Shown: positions 11,801 to 21,021, counted from the stretch's first letter. The stretch is DNA of 64,000 bases from Patescibacteria group bacterium (GCA_043817315.1 JBDRGY010000002.1:1046-65045); one strand, 5' to 3'. Notes: generated by a model from the letters alone, not told the origin. Numbers and translations: made by a program.

Positions 11801-14800
11801 AATAGTTGCCCGCCTCATCCAGGGCTCTAACATAGAAAATATTACCTCTGGTTCGATAAGCGGTAATTTCGGTTATGTGATTGTCATCAATGCAGGTATC
11901 AACAGCGCCGGGGGCCCCGGTTTTATAACAATAATACTCAACCCCGGAACCACCGCCATCAGTTGACACGTCCCAAGAAAAATCAAAGTCATTAGTTGAG
12001 GTGTAACCCGAGGGTGTGGCCGATACGTCAGATGGGTTAGAGGGATCAATAATATCTAATTTATAGGTAAAAGTATTAGTCGGATTAGTAGTGATATTAC
12101 CGTTATTATCGACAGTTTTTATTATCAAATAATAAGTATCGGAGGTGAGGGCAGAGGCCGCCTGGGTAGCTGCATTCCAGGAACCGTCATTGCCGGAGGC
12201 TGAATATAAATTAGTGCCGGAAACATAAGCCAGGTTAGTGGGATCGCTGGCATCATCAACCGGATCTTTGCCGCTGTCATTCCCAAAATAGACATAAAAT
12301 CCTGACAATCCAATTCCGCCGGCATTATCTGCGCCGGTCCATTCAAAGTAAGGTGTAGCGTCATTAACCCAAGTATCAGTCGCAATCTCTGTTCCCCCAT
12401 CTTCGGTATAGCCGGTTGCTGAAGTCGGGTTGGTTGGGGCCGTTCCGTCAGTATAATAACTCCAAGTTAGATCATCGACCGTCGGTGAATAAAGTTGGTC
12501 AGTCACAAAATAAATTCTAACTTGTCCATACTGAGCCACGGTAGAATCAATGCTGTAATAATTAGTGCTACTAATTTCCCGATTATTGGAAACCGCTGTC
12601 CAGTCCCCCCAATTGACGTCATCTTCATCATCAGCGCAGCCGGCATTAGAACAAGTTCTAGTTTCTATACTAATAGAAGTATTAGCCGGTTCGGTTACAT
12701 TGACCGTTAGTCCTCCGTAGCCATAAACCCCAGCCTCAAAATCCAGAATTTCTGAAGTCCAATAACCGTTACCCTCAAAACCGGTGCTGGAAGTGGCCAC
12801 CACGTAACGTTCCATTGAAGTGGTATATTCTCCGCGGAAACCCAAGACCACATTATTGCCGGTCATTACCAGGTCACCGTATTCGAAGAAAGAAGTTGTG
12901 TCTCGTGTACTCCAACTATCTTCCGAGATGTCATAAACGTACATTTCATTGCCATTGGGCTCATCACCGCGCGGGATTAAAATATTTCCCTGACCGTCCG
13001 GCACGCAGGCATCGCCGTAGCGCATATTACCCGGAGCCAATGACAGAGTACCGGCCACGTCCCAAGTTTGTGAACCGATATTAAATCGATAGATATCGTC
13101 TTGATTGTTACCACGCACCATATAAATATAACCATCTCCGCCGTTAGCAGCACAACCACCAGTATAAACAGTTCCGGGGATAGCCGAGGCAACTGTCTCC
13201 CAGATATCTGTATCAATTGTGTACTTATAAAATTCTGTGGTGTTGGCGCCTCGGGCCGTATAGATAGTATTGGTTCCATCAAACACCAAATCCGATCCGT
13301 AATTAGTTTCGTTAGCCGCCGTATTGGTGTTATCCAATCTAGTCCACTTATCATCATTTATATCGTAGCGCCAAAAGGTTCCTTCATTTTCCGTTAAGCC
13401 GCTTTCTCCCGGTAATAGATAGACTCCATCATATTGGTCACTGCTATGATTTATATATTGGGCTGACGCTCCCGGTCTAACCCGCATAGGTGCATTGGCT
13501 CTGCGCTTCCAAACATCATTGGCGATATCATAAGACCACCACTCATTGGAATTACCGCCCCTGGCCACATACAGCATATCGTTATCATTATCATAAGCCA
13601 CGGCTCCGTAGTAAAAACCATAGTTGGTATATGTATGAGGCAAGGTCGGAGTTTTCCAGCGATTTTCAGAAACGTCATAGGCCAGCAGGGCATAATCAAC
13701 CTGATAGCCCCGAATGGTGTACATGGTGTCATTAGAAGGAACGTAAACCAGGTTGCCAGCCCCTCCCTGGTATTGAGTAGTCGGCAAATCATCCAACCAT
13801 TCCCAGTTTTCATTGGCAATGTCATAACGCAGAAAACCGTTAGCTGCATAACCCCGCACTAGGTAAAAATAACCATCCAAATAATAGGCGGAGGCACCAT
13901 AATGGGTCCAGATGGGCACGCTTTTTTCATAAGACCAGGTGTTGGCCGAGACCCTATAGGAATAAAAATCGGTATCGCCATAACCTCTGGTGGCATACAG
14001 ACAGCCACCTTCGTCACTGCAATAATCACCATTGGGCACATATACTAAAGTACCGCCATAATAAACCAATTGGTCAAAACCGGTCAGCTGAGTCCAATCA
14101 TCAGCCGTTTCTCCTTCTCCGACATCGGTAATAATGTTGTATTTCCAGAACTCATTGGTGGCATCTCCCCTGGTGGCATAAATAGCATTGGCGCCATCAT
14201 AGGCCAGTTGACTACCATAATAGATTTGGGACCCTTCGAAATCACTCAGGTCTGTCCAGGTGCCGGCATTAACGTTGTAGCGGCGGAAAGTGGCGGTGTT
14301 GTTACCGCCGGTGGCAAAAACACAACCTGCCGAATCGGCACAATAGGTACCGGTTGGCACATAGACCATACTGGCGCCACCGTAAACCCCCGATCCGTAA
14401 TTGGCCAGTTGAGAATAAGTTTTATCGGCTACCGAGTAAGCGTAAAATTCCTGGCGGTTGTAACCGCGGAACATAAAAATGGTGTCATCGCCGTCATAGG
14501 ACAATCCCGATCCGTAGTAACCGCCGACATTATTGGCCACCCAGGGAATGGGTGCTTCGTTGGTCCAGATGCCGTTGCTGACTGAATCCAAAGTCAGGCT
14601 GGTCCCGGATTCAGCCGCCGTATTGATATTGGTCTCCAAAGTTCCGGTCGCTTGGAAATCGGCCTGGACCGTCCAGGTATTGGTACCGGCCGGAGAAATA
14701 CCGTTATAGGTATAAGTAAAGATAGTCTCTACATCATCCGTATTGCCGGCATCATCCTTGGCCGCCACCCGCAAATAATAAGTACTGCTGTTGGTCAGAT

Positions 14801-17800
14801 CGGTATTGACTTCGTAAGTGGTTCCGGTTTGAAAATAATCTTCGGAACTGGTCGGATCGTGAGAGGCGTTGGTAGTCCAGGACAAGTAATACCCGGCCAA
14901 GCCTGATTCGGCGTCCACAGCCCCGGTTAGTTCGAAGTAAGGATTAATATAATAGTAGGAATTGCCGGTGGTTAAAGCAGTTCCCTTGGTTGAATCAGCG
15001 TAACCGACCACAGTCGGGTTAGTCGGATTGACTGAATCCTTTTCGTAGTTAATCGTAAATTCAGAAACAGTTGGAGTATTATCGTCATCCGAATTTAAAA
15101 CCACTTTGACCTGAATATAACGATTAGCCGAAGAACCAATGGTGGTGCCGGAAACTTGAGTCCAGTCCTCCCAGGAAACTTGGTCATCAGAAGTCCTGGT
15201 GTAGTAGTCAATTGTACTACCCCCCGGCTCTAAATCAGTGGCCGTAAAACTGTTAAACGAGGTAGCGTAAGTCAGATCGTAAGTCGGAGAAATCCAACTG
15301 GCTGTGGGAATGTAATCATCAGAATCGGTAGTAAATTTATAAATGGAATTGGTATCAAACCCTCGGCGAATGTACATGGTATCAGTGGCATCATCATGAG
15401 CCATGCCAATGCCACGGACAAAATTATCAGGAGTATCACTGGCCCGGCTCCAACTATCTCCCGAGATGCTGTAGCGCCACATAGAGGTGCCGAAATTGCC
15501 GGTAATGGCGTAGATACTGTCATCTCCGTCATAGGCCAACACTGCGTTGTAATAGGAACCTTCCGGTAAGTCGGCCAATTCGGTGAAGTCATCGCCAACC
15601 GGATCGTATTCGTAAAATTGAGCCCGATAATAACCGGCTAGCATATACACTTTGTTGCCATCGTTGGTTATTCCTGCACCATAATAAGCGGTCACCGGTA
15701 GATCTTCTGTAGTCCAACTGCCATCATAATGATAAATATCGTCAGTATTGTTGCCTGCCTGAATATAGACGTCACCATCACCAAAACAGGTGATTCCCCC
15801 TCCTTCTTCCACCGCTCCCGGCATACTGCCAATACTGGACCAGCCTCCGGCATCATTGCTGATGTCATAACTGTAAAAATTAGTTGTGTTAATACCCCTG
15901 GTCAAATACAGTTCTCCATTGCCGTCATAACACAGCGAGCCGCCCCGGCTGATATTGGCTAAGCCGGTCGAGGTCATGGTGTTCCAGGCTCCATCGGCAA
16001 TATCATAACGATAGAAAATGGTGGTATTTCTACCCTGGGCCATAAACAAACACCCGGTGGCATCAGAACAACCGTCTTCACTGTTGGGCACAAAGGTGAT
16101 CAGATCGCTGTCGTAATCATTGCTGGCAATAGCCGGGGTGGCAATAGAGTCCCAAGCCCCGGCAGTAATGTCATAACGCAAGAATTCCGGCCGGTTGATT
16201 CCGGGCAGAGCATATATATAGCCGTCAAAGTAGAGGAGAGTACCGCCTTCATCAACCGTTAACCCCCCCGGCATATCCGGCGGATTATCAAGATCTTCCT
16301 GCCATTCCTGGTCAGCAATATCGTACATCATAAACTCGTCATTGTTGTAACCGGTCATGGCGTAGATATTTCCGTTGACAGCGTCAACCGCCATGGAACT
16401 GCCGTAGCTAATCCGGCCGCTGTTGCCCAGGGTGGTCGGTACATTGGCAAAATTGTAAGACCATTGAGCCAGGCTGATATCATAACGGAAAAACTCGCGA
16501 TTGTTGCTGCCCCGAAAAGCGTAGATACAACCGGTCTCACAATAAACCGGACTAGTGCCATAAGAAACCGCTGAATAGACCAAGGGGTGGCCGTTGCCGG
16601 TATAAATCTGATAAGGATAGGGAATTGAAGAAATGGTGTCGTTCCAAGTATCAGTGGCAATGTTGTATGACCAAAACCCGTCCCGGCTGTTACCTTGCGT
16701 GGCGTACAGTTTACCGTTATTGCCACTGACCAGATCCGAACCCAAACCCCAGATGTCCGGCGCATCGCTTAATTGGGTCCAAATATTATTGGCAATATCA
16801 TAGCGAAACAGAAAGGGCACGCCGTTGGTGTCGTCCGAACCGTCCTGCCCGTTGATGGCATAAATATAACCGTCATAATAAGCTAGCGAGCCTCCGTAAT
16901 AGAAACCGGTTGGCGCATCAATCAGTAATTTCCAGATATTTAACTCCGGATTATAACGAAAGAAGCCCGGTTGGTTGCCACCCACGATCATGTAGATGTA
17001 AGTACCATCAGTGGTTAAATCTGCTCCATAATTGGCGCCTTCGTAAGTATAGATGCCATAGCCACGCTGATTGGTGGGATAACCCGGAGTATCTGCACTC
17101 CAAGAACCAACTCCGCCACTGGCAATTTGCAGATCACCAGAGGTTGTGGTCATGTCTAGTTGGTTAGGATAATATTGCCCGGCTTGCCACTCGGTTTGGG
17201 AAGAGACTGTGTAGGTAGCTGCCGTAGCGTGTACCAACAGTTGCTGAATTGATCCGGCCACTAGGGTGCCAATAATCAAAATTACAAAAATCGAAATAGG
17301 AGAAAAGTGCCACCACTTCTTTTTTCTAAGAACAATTAAAGGTTTTATTTTACTTTTTTCTTTTTTACGACGTTGCTGGGCCGATTTGCTAATTGCCTTT
17401 TGCCAACTGGCATGTTTTTGGGAAATTCTACCCGGGATAGCTATTATTGTTTTTATAAATCCAGTAGTTAATCCAATAACCCGCCGCCATCTGGCCTGAT
17501 TTACCTTTTTGGTAGTTTGAATGTCTTTTTTAAGATATCTCTTGGCTTTCAACTGACGGGCTCTAACGACACTTTTAACTTGCTCTCGTTTTTTAACCGG
17601 TTTAACAAAAATACTGGCTGTCTTCTCAAAGCCAGAACGCATAAGCTGGGGAATTTCTAATTTATCTTTTAGATTGAAAGAGTATTTAAAACCCTTGGGA
17701 CGACTAAAAACTTTACCGGAGTAACTGTTTCCTCCAGTTTTTTTGGACGTTTTCCCCAGAAATCTACGTGTCCCCATAGATTTCAACTTGTTTTTTTGGT

Positions 17801-17813
17801 TTGTATTTTTCAC
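8895..17813 (-). CDS. Giant surface protein C (2972 aa): ~165-aa basic cytoplasmic N-tail, single TM anchor, Kelch-like beta-propeller repeat region, Fn3/PAP-N-like modules, conserved C-terminal tail
   Basis: ORF track. K/R-rich N-terminus, then TM FSPISIFVILIIGTLVAGSI. Many repeats of the type G..Y.....G..F.RYD...N.W..L (Kelch-like). C-terminal modules ...RARESFLQIVISNLEQTFSWLGNIGNLF are paralogous to gene B. The stop is only 3 nt from the gene B start, consistent with an operon. Confidence 0.85.
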   Translation of the reverse strand: MKNTNQKNKLKSMGTRRFLGKTSKKTGGNSYSGKVFSRPKGFKYSFNLKDKLEIPQLMRSGFEKTASIFVKPVKKREQVKSVVRARQLKAKRYLKKDIQTTKKVNQARWRRVIGLTTGFIKTIIAIPGRISQKHASWQKAISKSAQQRRKKEKSKIKPLIVLRKKKWWHFSPISIFVILIIGTLVAGSIQQLLVHATAATYTVSSQTEWQAGQYYPNQLDMTTTSGDLQIASGGVGSWSADTPGYPTNQRGYGIYTYEGANYGADLTTDGTYIYMIVGGNQPGFFRYNPELNIWKLLIDAPTGFYYGGSLAYYDGYIYAINGQDGSDDTNGVPFLFRYDIANNIWTQLSDAPDIWGLGSDLVSGNNGKLYATQGNSRDGFWSYNIATDTWNDTISSIPYPYQIYTGNGHPLVYSAVSYGTSPVYCETGCIYAFRGSNNREFFRYDISLAQWSYNFANVPTTLGNSGRISYGSSMAVDAVNGNIYAMTGYNNDEFMMYDIADQEWQEDLDNPPDMPGGLTVDEGGTLLYFDGYIYALPGINRPEFLRYDITAGAWDSIATPAIASNDYDSDLITFVPNSEDGCSDATGCLFMAQGRNTTIFYRYDIADGAWNTMTSTGLANISRGGSLCYDGNGELYLTRGINTTNFYSYDISNDAGGWSSIGSMPGAVEEGGGITCFGDGDVYIQAGNNTDDIYHYDGSWTTEDLPVTAYYGAGITNDGNKVYMLAGYYRAQFYEYDPVGDDFTELADLPEGSYYNAVLAYDGDDSIYAITGNFGTSMWRYSISGDSWSRASDTPDNFVRGIGMAHDDATDTMYIRRGFDTNSIYKFTTDSDDYIPTASWISPTYDLTYATSFNSFTATDLEPGGSTIDYYTRTSDDQVSWEDWTQVSGTTIGSSANRYIQVKVVLNSDDDNTPTVSEFTINYEKDSVNPTNPTVVGYADSTKGTALTTGNSYYYINPYFELTGAVDAESGLAGYYLSWTTNASHDPTSSEDYFQTGTTYEVNTDLTNSSTYYLRVAAKDDAGNTDDVETIFTYTYNGISPAGTNTWTVQADFQATGTLETNINTAAESGTSLTLDSVSNGIWTNEAPIPWVANNVGGYYGSGLSYDGDDTIFMFRGYNRQEFYAYSVADKTYSQLANYGSGVYGGASMVYVPTGTYCADSAGCVFATGGNNTATFRRYNVNAGTWTDLSDFEGSQIYYGSQLAYDGANAIYATRGDATNEFWKYNIITDVGEGETADDWTQLTGFDQLVYYGGTLVYVPNGDYCSDEGGCLYATRGYGDTDFYSYRVSANTWSYEKSVPIWTHYGASAYYLDGYFYLVRGYAANGFLRYDIANENWEWLDDLPTTQYQGGAGNLVYVPSNDTMYTIRGYQVDYALLAYDVSENRWKTPTLPHTYTNYGFYYGAVAYDNDNDMLYVARGGNSNEWWSYDIANDVWKRRANAPMRVRPGASAQYINHSSDQYDGVYLLPGESGLTENEGTFWRYDINDDKWTRLDNTNTAANETNYGSDLVFDGTNTIYTARGANTTEFYKYTIDTDIWETVASAIPGTVYTGGCAANGGDGYIYMVRGNNQDDIYRFNIGSQTWDVAGTLSLAPGNMRYGDACVPDGQGNILIPRGDEPNGNEMYVYDISEDSWSTRDTTSFFEYGDLVMTGNNVVLGFRGEYTTSMERYVVATSSTGFEGNGYWTSEILDFEAGVYGYGGLTVNVTEPANTSISIETRTCSNAGCADDEDDVNWGDWTAVSNNREISSTNYYSIDSTVAQYGQVRIYFVTDQLYSPTVDDLTWSYYTDGTAPTNPTSATGYTEDGGTEIATDTWVNDATPYFEWTGADNAGGIGLSGFYVYFGNDSGKDPVDDASDPTNLAYVSGTNLYSASGNDGSWNAATQAASALTSDTYYLIIKTVDNNGNITTNPTNTFTYKLDIIDPSNPSDVSATPSGYTSTNDFDFSWDVSTDGGGSGVEYYCYKTGAPGAVDTCIDDNHITEITAYRTRGNIFYVRALDEAGNYSSYATTTYYYAGSPPTAPQNLVATPTSATNNNTFSFSWSLPATCLGQTPCDVNEILRYCFTINELPSAENCGTNTAGNTTPSPDGGWTSAYQTDNRLLPGFSAATQQGTNTLYLVAADVINNIDYDNYTSTTYDFTSTAPDPPASLQATDSSDRSTQKYSVTLTWDETANAENFKVYRCEEDCENPSTVADPPDNYTNIATTTTLGYLDTSLDNTITYSYFIRAVGSGNAASGNSAVESIKPEGKFKFAPTMSGQPTVTPYIRSVLVEWLTLPDQDRLGNVIPHPATSFVQYGTTEGLGEETGTSELVDEHEVLVTGLSPDTLYYYKLVWVDQDGNTGESAIYEVTTLGAPSAPVNLAVDPESNMVNRFTFSWAEPVDEGITVGGYYYSINAPPNEDNVYYTTHTEVGPIAAATQQGINNFYVVATDDAGNVNYANYAVVDFEAHTIPPDAPLNPEVFDVSNRADKEYRIMVSWNSVDPPSASGIVKDAVEEDLEEEITYTIYRAVEEDNDYEVIATTKSTAYIDTDLEFETLYFYKVKAADKAGSASAATDPVEEIADGRYTTPPEITAGPAIVPDSFAATVTWKTERPASSFVLFGTSATDYDREQGTSDLIDDHSVTITGLDPETTYYYQVKSIDRDENEAYSDVTSFITLEAPRVSEMEITDIRLYEATISWKTNKETTTQIQYGTTTDYGLTYTDTSGSTSFTHTIKLTGLADGTTYNLRVYAEDASGNKFNSDNYVFTTLTFPRVSDVTSENKAEGQTEIRWTTNVPTTSEVEYYNENEPSKTQGNTALVTDHSVLLFGLNDATIYNFVVRGRDQFGYEAVSVENNFRTLEDTTPPTISHVKYESNTVGSGDAARIQIIVSFRTDEPTTTAADFGEGLGSTSYSASTDINPELVQDHLMIIPDLEPARTYHFRTIAVDKAGNETKSDDYSVLTSRARESFLQIVISNLEQTFSWLGNIGNLF

Positions 17814-17995
17814 AAATACAACGTTAATTAACCAACTTCCACCTTTTTCAAAAAAGCTGGTTAATTCTTTATCATTATATCATTATTTCTGTATTTAGTC
17901 AACTAGGTAAAAATTGACCATTCCTGTTTAGACAGCCGATTTTTAGCAATCCCCCAGGTCTGCTATACTATAGGTATTAATCCTAAATATATCCT

Positions 17996-18148
17996 ATGAA
18001 TAACCAAAAAGAGAAAAAGAAAGTAAGCGTTAAAACCAGCAAAAAACTGGGCATTTCTACTAAAGTACTGCTCGGCTTAGGAGTTCTTTGTGCTTTTGCC
18101 ATCGTTACTGTCGGTATTATTAGCATGTTAGCGGAACGAGCCCGCTAG
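17996..18148 (+). CDS. Small hypothetical membrane protein (50 aa)
   Basis: ATG-initiated ORF MNNQKEKKKVSVKTSKKLGISTKVLLGLGVLCAFAIVTVGIISMLAERAR with one predicted TM helix; a TATACT -10-like box lies upstream. Below the ORF-track size cutoff. Confidence 0.3.
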   Translation: MNNQKEKKKVSVKTSKKLGISTKVLLGLGVLCAFAIVTVGIISMLAERAR

Positions 18149-18379
18149 GGTAAAAACATTGACTTTTGCCCGATTCTGTGCTAAAATAAAGGTAGGAATT
18201 AAGAAATAAAAATGAAAAACAAAAACGAAATCCAAAGCGAAAAGTTTGTTTTTGACAACTATTTGGTTGTTGAAAGGTATTCAGTAACCACACCGTGGTA
18301 TGAAAACGTTTGGCAATTAATGATTGAGACTCCCAAGCGTTTTTTTCTTAGTTTATTCTAGATCCCTTTTCCAAAAACC

Positions 18380-19420
18380 ATGCATATAGACGAATTATTT
18401 AAGATTGCCGTAAAAAAAGGAGCCTCTGACCTGCATTTAGTGGCCAATATGCCCCCTGTTTTAAGGATGGATGGAGAATTAACAGAAATCCCGGACAAGA
18501 GCCCTCTCTCTTCCGAGGAAACCAAGGCTTTGGTTTTTGATATTCTAACTGACAGGCAAAGGGAGAAATTCATCGCTGAAAGAGAACTGGATATGTCTTA
18601 TGAGATAAAAGGAGTATCTCGTTTCAGGGTCAATGTTCACTGGGAAAGAGATAATGTCGGGCTGGTAGCTCGCGTTATTTCCTCTAAAATCCCCAGCATG
18701 GAAGAGGTAATGATGCCCGAAATAGTTTACGAACTTTGCCGTTTGAAACAGGGTATGATCCTCTTAACCGGGCCTACTGGCTGCGGCAAGTCAACTTCTT
18801 TAGCAGCCATGGTCAACTTGATAAATAATGAGCGCCGTTGTCATATCGTTACTCTTGAAGATCCTATTGAATTTTTATTTACATCCAGTAAAAGTGTAGT
18901 GAAACAGCGTCAGATGGGCACTGACTTTCTCTCTTTTGCCCAAGCCTTAAAAAGAGTAGTCAGGCAGGACCCCAATGTTATTATGGTTGGCGAGATGCGA
19001 GACTTAGAGACAATTGCTGCCGCTATTACCTTGGCAGAAACCGGTCACCTGGTCTTGGCCACCCTACACACTTACAACGCTTCCCAAACTATTGACCGTA
19101 TCATTGACGTCTTCCCGCCCCATCAGCAAACCCAAGTCAGACTACAGTTATCTCTGTTTTTAAGAGGTATTATTTCCCAACAGCTCCTACCAAAATTGAG
19201 GGGCGGCAGAATCGCCTCTCGTGAAATTCTAATTAACTCCCCAGCTATTGCTAATCTAATTAGAGAAAACAAAATCGCTCAAATAAAAACGGTAATCCAG
19301 ACTTCGGTTGACAGGGGCATGTTTACCATGGACCAAGGCATCCGTGATTTGTTTGAAAAAGGCTTGATTAGAGAAGACGTGGCCACTGCTCACATGGTCA
19401 ATCCGGAAATGCTACGGTAA
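18380..19420 (+). CDS. pilT: Type IV pilus retraction ATPase PilT (twitching motility protein)
   Basis: 346 aa with Walker A LTGPTGCGKSTS, HIVTLEDPIEFLF and His-box ETGHLVLATLHT, all characteristic of the PilT/PilU family. Confidence 0.9.
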   Translation: MHIDELFKIAVKKGASDLHLVANMPPVLRMDGELTEIPDKSPLSSEETKALVFDILTDRQREKFIAERELDMSYEIKGVSRFRVNVHWERDNVGLVARVISSKIPSMEEVMMPEIVYELCRLKQGMILLTGPTGCGKSTSLAAMVNLINNERRCHIVTLEDPIEFLFTSSKSVVKQRQMGTDFLSFAQALKRVVRQDPNVIMVGEMRDLETIAAAITLAETGHLVLATLHTYNASQTIDRIIDVFPPHQQTQVRLQLSLFLRGIISQQLLPKLRGGRIASREILINSPAIANLIRENKIAQIKTVIQTSVDRGMFTMDQGIRDLFEKGLIREDVATAHMVNPEMLR

Positions 19421-19431
19421 ATTATTATTAA

Positions 19432-19462
19432 AAGGTCCGGCCAATTTTGGCTGGATTTTTGT
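19432..19462 (+). terminator. Rho-independent terminator after pilT
   Basis: CCGGCCAATTTTGGCTGG hairpin followed by a TTTTT run. Confidence 0.5.
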
Positions 19463-19509
19463 TTTGCCTTGATGCTAAAAAGATTATATGATATAGTCAT
19501 CTGACTTAA

Positions 19510-19586
19510 GCGCCCGTAGCTCAATTGGATAGAGCGCTTGGCTTCGGACCAAGAGGTTGGGGGTTCGACTCCCTCCGGGCGTACCA
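19510..19586 (+). tRNA. tRNA-Arg (anticodon TCG), CCA encoded
   Basis: Cloverleaf folded by eye: acceptor GCGCCCG/CGGGCGT, D-arm GCTC-AATTGGATA-GAGC, anticodon stem CTTGG/CCAAG with loop CTTCGGA, T-arm GGGGG-TTCGACT-CCCTC, then A and CCA. Confidence 0.9.
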
Positions 19587-19599
19587 GCCAGAAAATTAG

Positions 19600-19675
19600 G
19601 CGCCCATAGCTCAATTGGTAGAGCGCCTGCCTCTTAAGCAGGGTGTTGCAGGTTCGAGTCCTGCTGGGCGTACCA
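19600..19675 (+). tRNA. tRNA-Lys (anticodon CTT), CCA encoded
   Basis: Acceptor GCGCCCA/TGGGCGT, anticodon stem CCTGC/GCAGG with loop CTCTTAA, T-arm GCAGG-TTCGAGT-CCTGC, then A and CCA. Confidence 0.9.
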
Positions 19676-19694
19676 CAATATTTAACGAAGAATA

Positions 19695-20156
19695 ATGAAC
19701 AGGGAAAGATCCATTGAATCATCCCATGGAGTTGAGGATGAGAAGGAGCCCTGTTTTTATCATGGAACGACCGAGCCAAATATTGACGAATTTGAACCAA
19801 GAAAGCGCTTAACGCCTGGCGGCGTAGATCATTAAGAACAGCCAGCTGCCATCTACGCCGGTGATAATCCGGCCTTTGCAGCTGGGCATTCTATTCCCTG
19901 GTCTAGTGAAGAGGGATTTAAATTGGGTTTTGAAAATGATCAAGTTGTTTTTTGTGTACCAAAAGAGCATAAGCATCGCCTTGACCACAAAGTATTCATA
20001 TATCAACTACCAAGAGAGGGGTTTTCTCTAACTCGGGGAGAGGGCACGGGGCATTCTTTTCAGACAGAGAAAAAAGTAAAACCACTTATGGTTCAAGAAT
20101 TTGGTACAGTCACCGAAGCCATTGAGTATTTTGGGGGTACCGTAATTATTGAATAA
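19695..20156 (+). pseudogene. Hypothetical ORF interrupted by an in-frame TAA (two ORF pieces 19695..19835 and 19836..20156 in the same frame)
   Basis: ATG at 19695 reads MNREISIESSHGVEDEKEPCFYHGTTEPNIDEFEPRKRLTPGGVDH, then TAA at 19833-19835, and the same frame continues EQPAAIYAGDNPAFAAGHSIPW...GGTVIIE to 20156. The ORF track shows only the downstream part, with a TTG start at 19923. Confidence 0.25.
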
Positions 20157-20196
20157 GGTATTCTATTTTTAAAACACTTTGGCAGCAAAGAGTTTT

Positions 20197-21021
20197 TCAA
20201 TTTATTATTGAGTTTTTAGTGCCTCTACCAACATTTAATCTGGTAATCCAAAGCGATACTAAAAAAATCGGTACTAAGACAATCAAAAAAGGAAATGAGG
20301 TTGTCGAACCGGGAATATACTTCTGAATTAATAAAGCAATTGGCAGGGAAAGGCTAAGAATTAAAGCTGACCAAATTACAACTTTTTGGGAAAAACGTTT
20401 AGTCAGAATAAGAATGGCTAATAACAAAAAGACGACATCTCCAGCCCCCAGGCTGATATCCCCCACTTTAACCAGTAAGCTAAATATCAATGGTCGAACT
20501 TGAGCTTCTGCTTGAGGAACAACAGGGATAAGCCAAACGAAAATGGCGTCTAGGCCTGCCATAATTAGTAATAGGGAAATCCAAATCCAATCATTAATCT
20601 TCAATCTCTTATATACTAGGGCCGCAGCGGCCATCAAGGCCAGGATTAAAAGAAGATTGTTGAGATATTCTGATTGGGTCAAATATACAATTAGTAGAAT
20701 AACTTGGGATAGTAAGGTGGCCAGCAGAATCGCTCTGGAGGCGCCGTGATGTTTTATTAATACTAAGAAGAAGAAGATGATATTAAGCCACAGTAACAGA
20801 ACGGCTATCAATGATTCAACTGGCGAACTAGGGTTTAGCAAAAAAAGATTTATTACTGTTATAAGAAACGGGGCAAGTAAAAACCCATTAACTCGCCTGT
20901 CTTGCTCTGTCGCTTTTTGAACCTCTTTAATGTTCAATTTACTAAAATAAAAAGAGGCCACTATTAACATCGTTAGAATTAAAAGGGTAAAAACCAATAT
21001 AGCCATATACTCATTATCCAA
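20197..21021 (-). CDS. Polytopic membrane protein with a GxGD motif; prepilin peptidase (A24)-like intramembrane aspartyl protease candidate
   Basis: 274 aa with about 8 predicted TM helices. It carries LGAGDVVFLLL (resembling the PilD GGGDFKLL motif) and a second intramembrane Asp (MAGLDAIF). It lies next to pilT. Confidence 0.45.
   Translation of the reverse strand: MDNEYMAILVFTLLILTMLIVASFYFSKLNIKEVQKATEQDRRVNGFLLAPFLITVINLFLLNPSSPVESLIAVLLLWLNIIFFFLVLIKHHGASRAILLATLLSQVILLIVYLTQSEYLNNLLLILALMAAAALVYKRLKINDWIWISLLLIMAGLDAIFVWLIPVVPQAEAQVRPLIFSLLVKVGDISLGAGDVVFLLLAILILTKRFSQKVVIWSALILSLSLPIALLIQKYIPGSTTSFPFLIVLVPIFLVSLWITRLNVGRGTKNSIIN

Noticed and set aside
2007-17500. Dozens of 60-170-aa ORFs on both strands inside the giant genes (e.g. 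2301..2723, 6887..7189, 14070..14585, 16355..16765)
   Set aside because: All are embedded in the continuous 3.7-8.9 kb minus-strand reading frames and show repetitive or low-complexity translations; they are frame shadows.
19390-19800. 136-aa minus-strand ORF
   Set aside because: It entirely overlaps the two well-formed tRNA genes (Arg-TCG, Lys-CTT) on the opposite strand, so it is spurious.
19809-20006. 65-aa minus-strand ORF
   Set aside because: Overlaps the interrupted plus-strand ORF; no RBS; considered noise.
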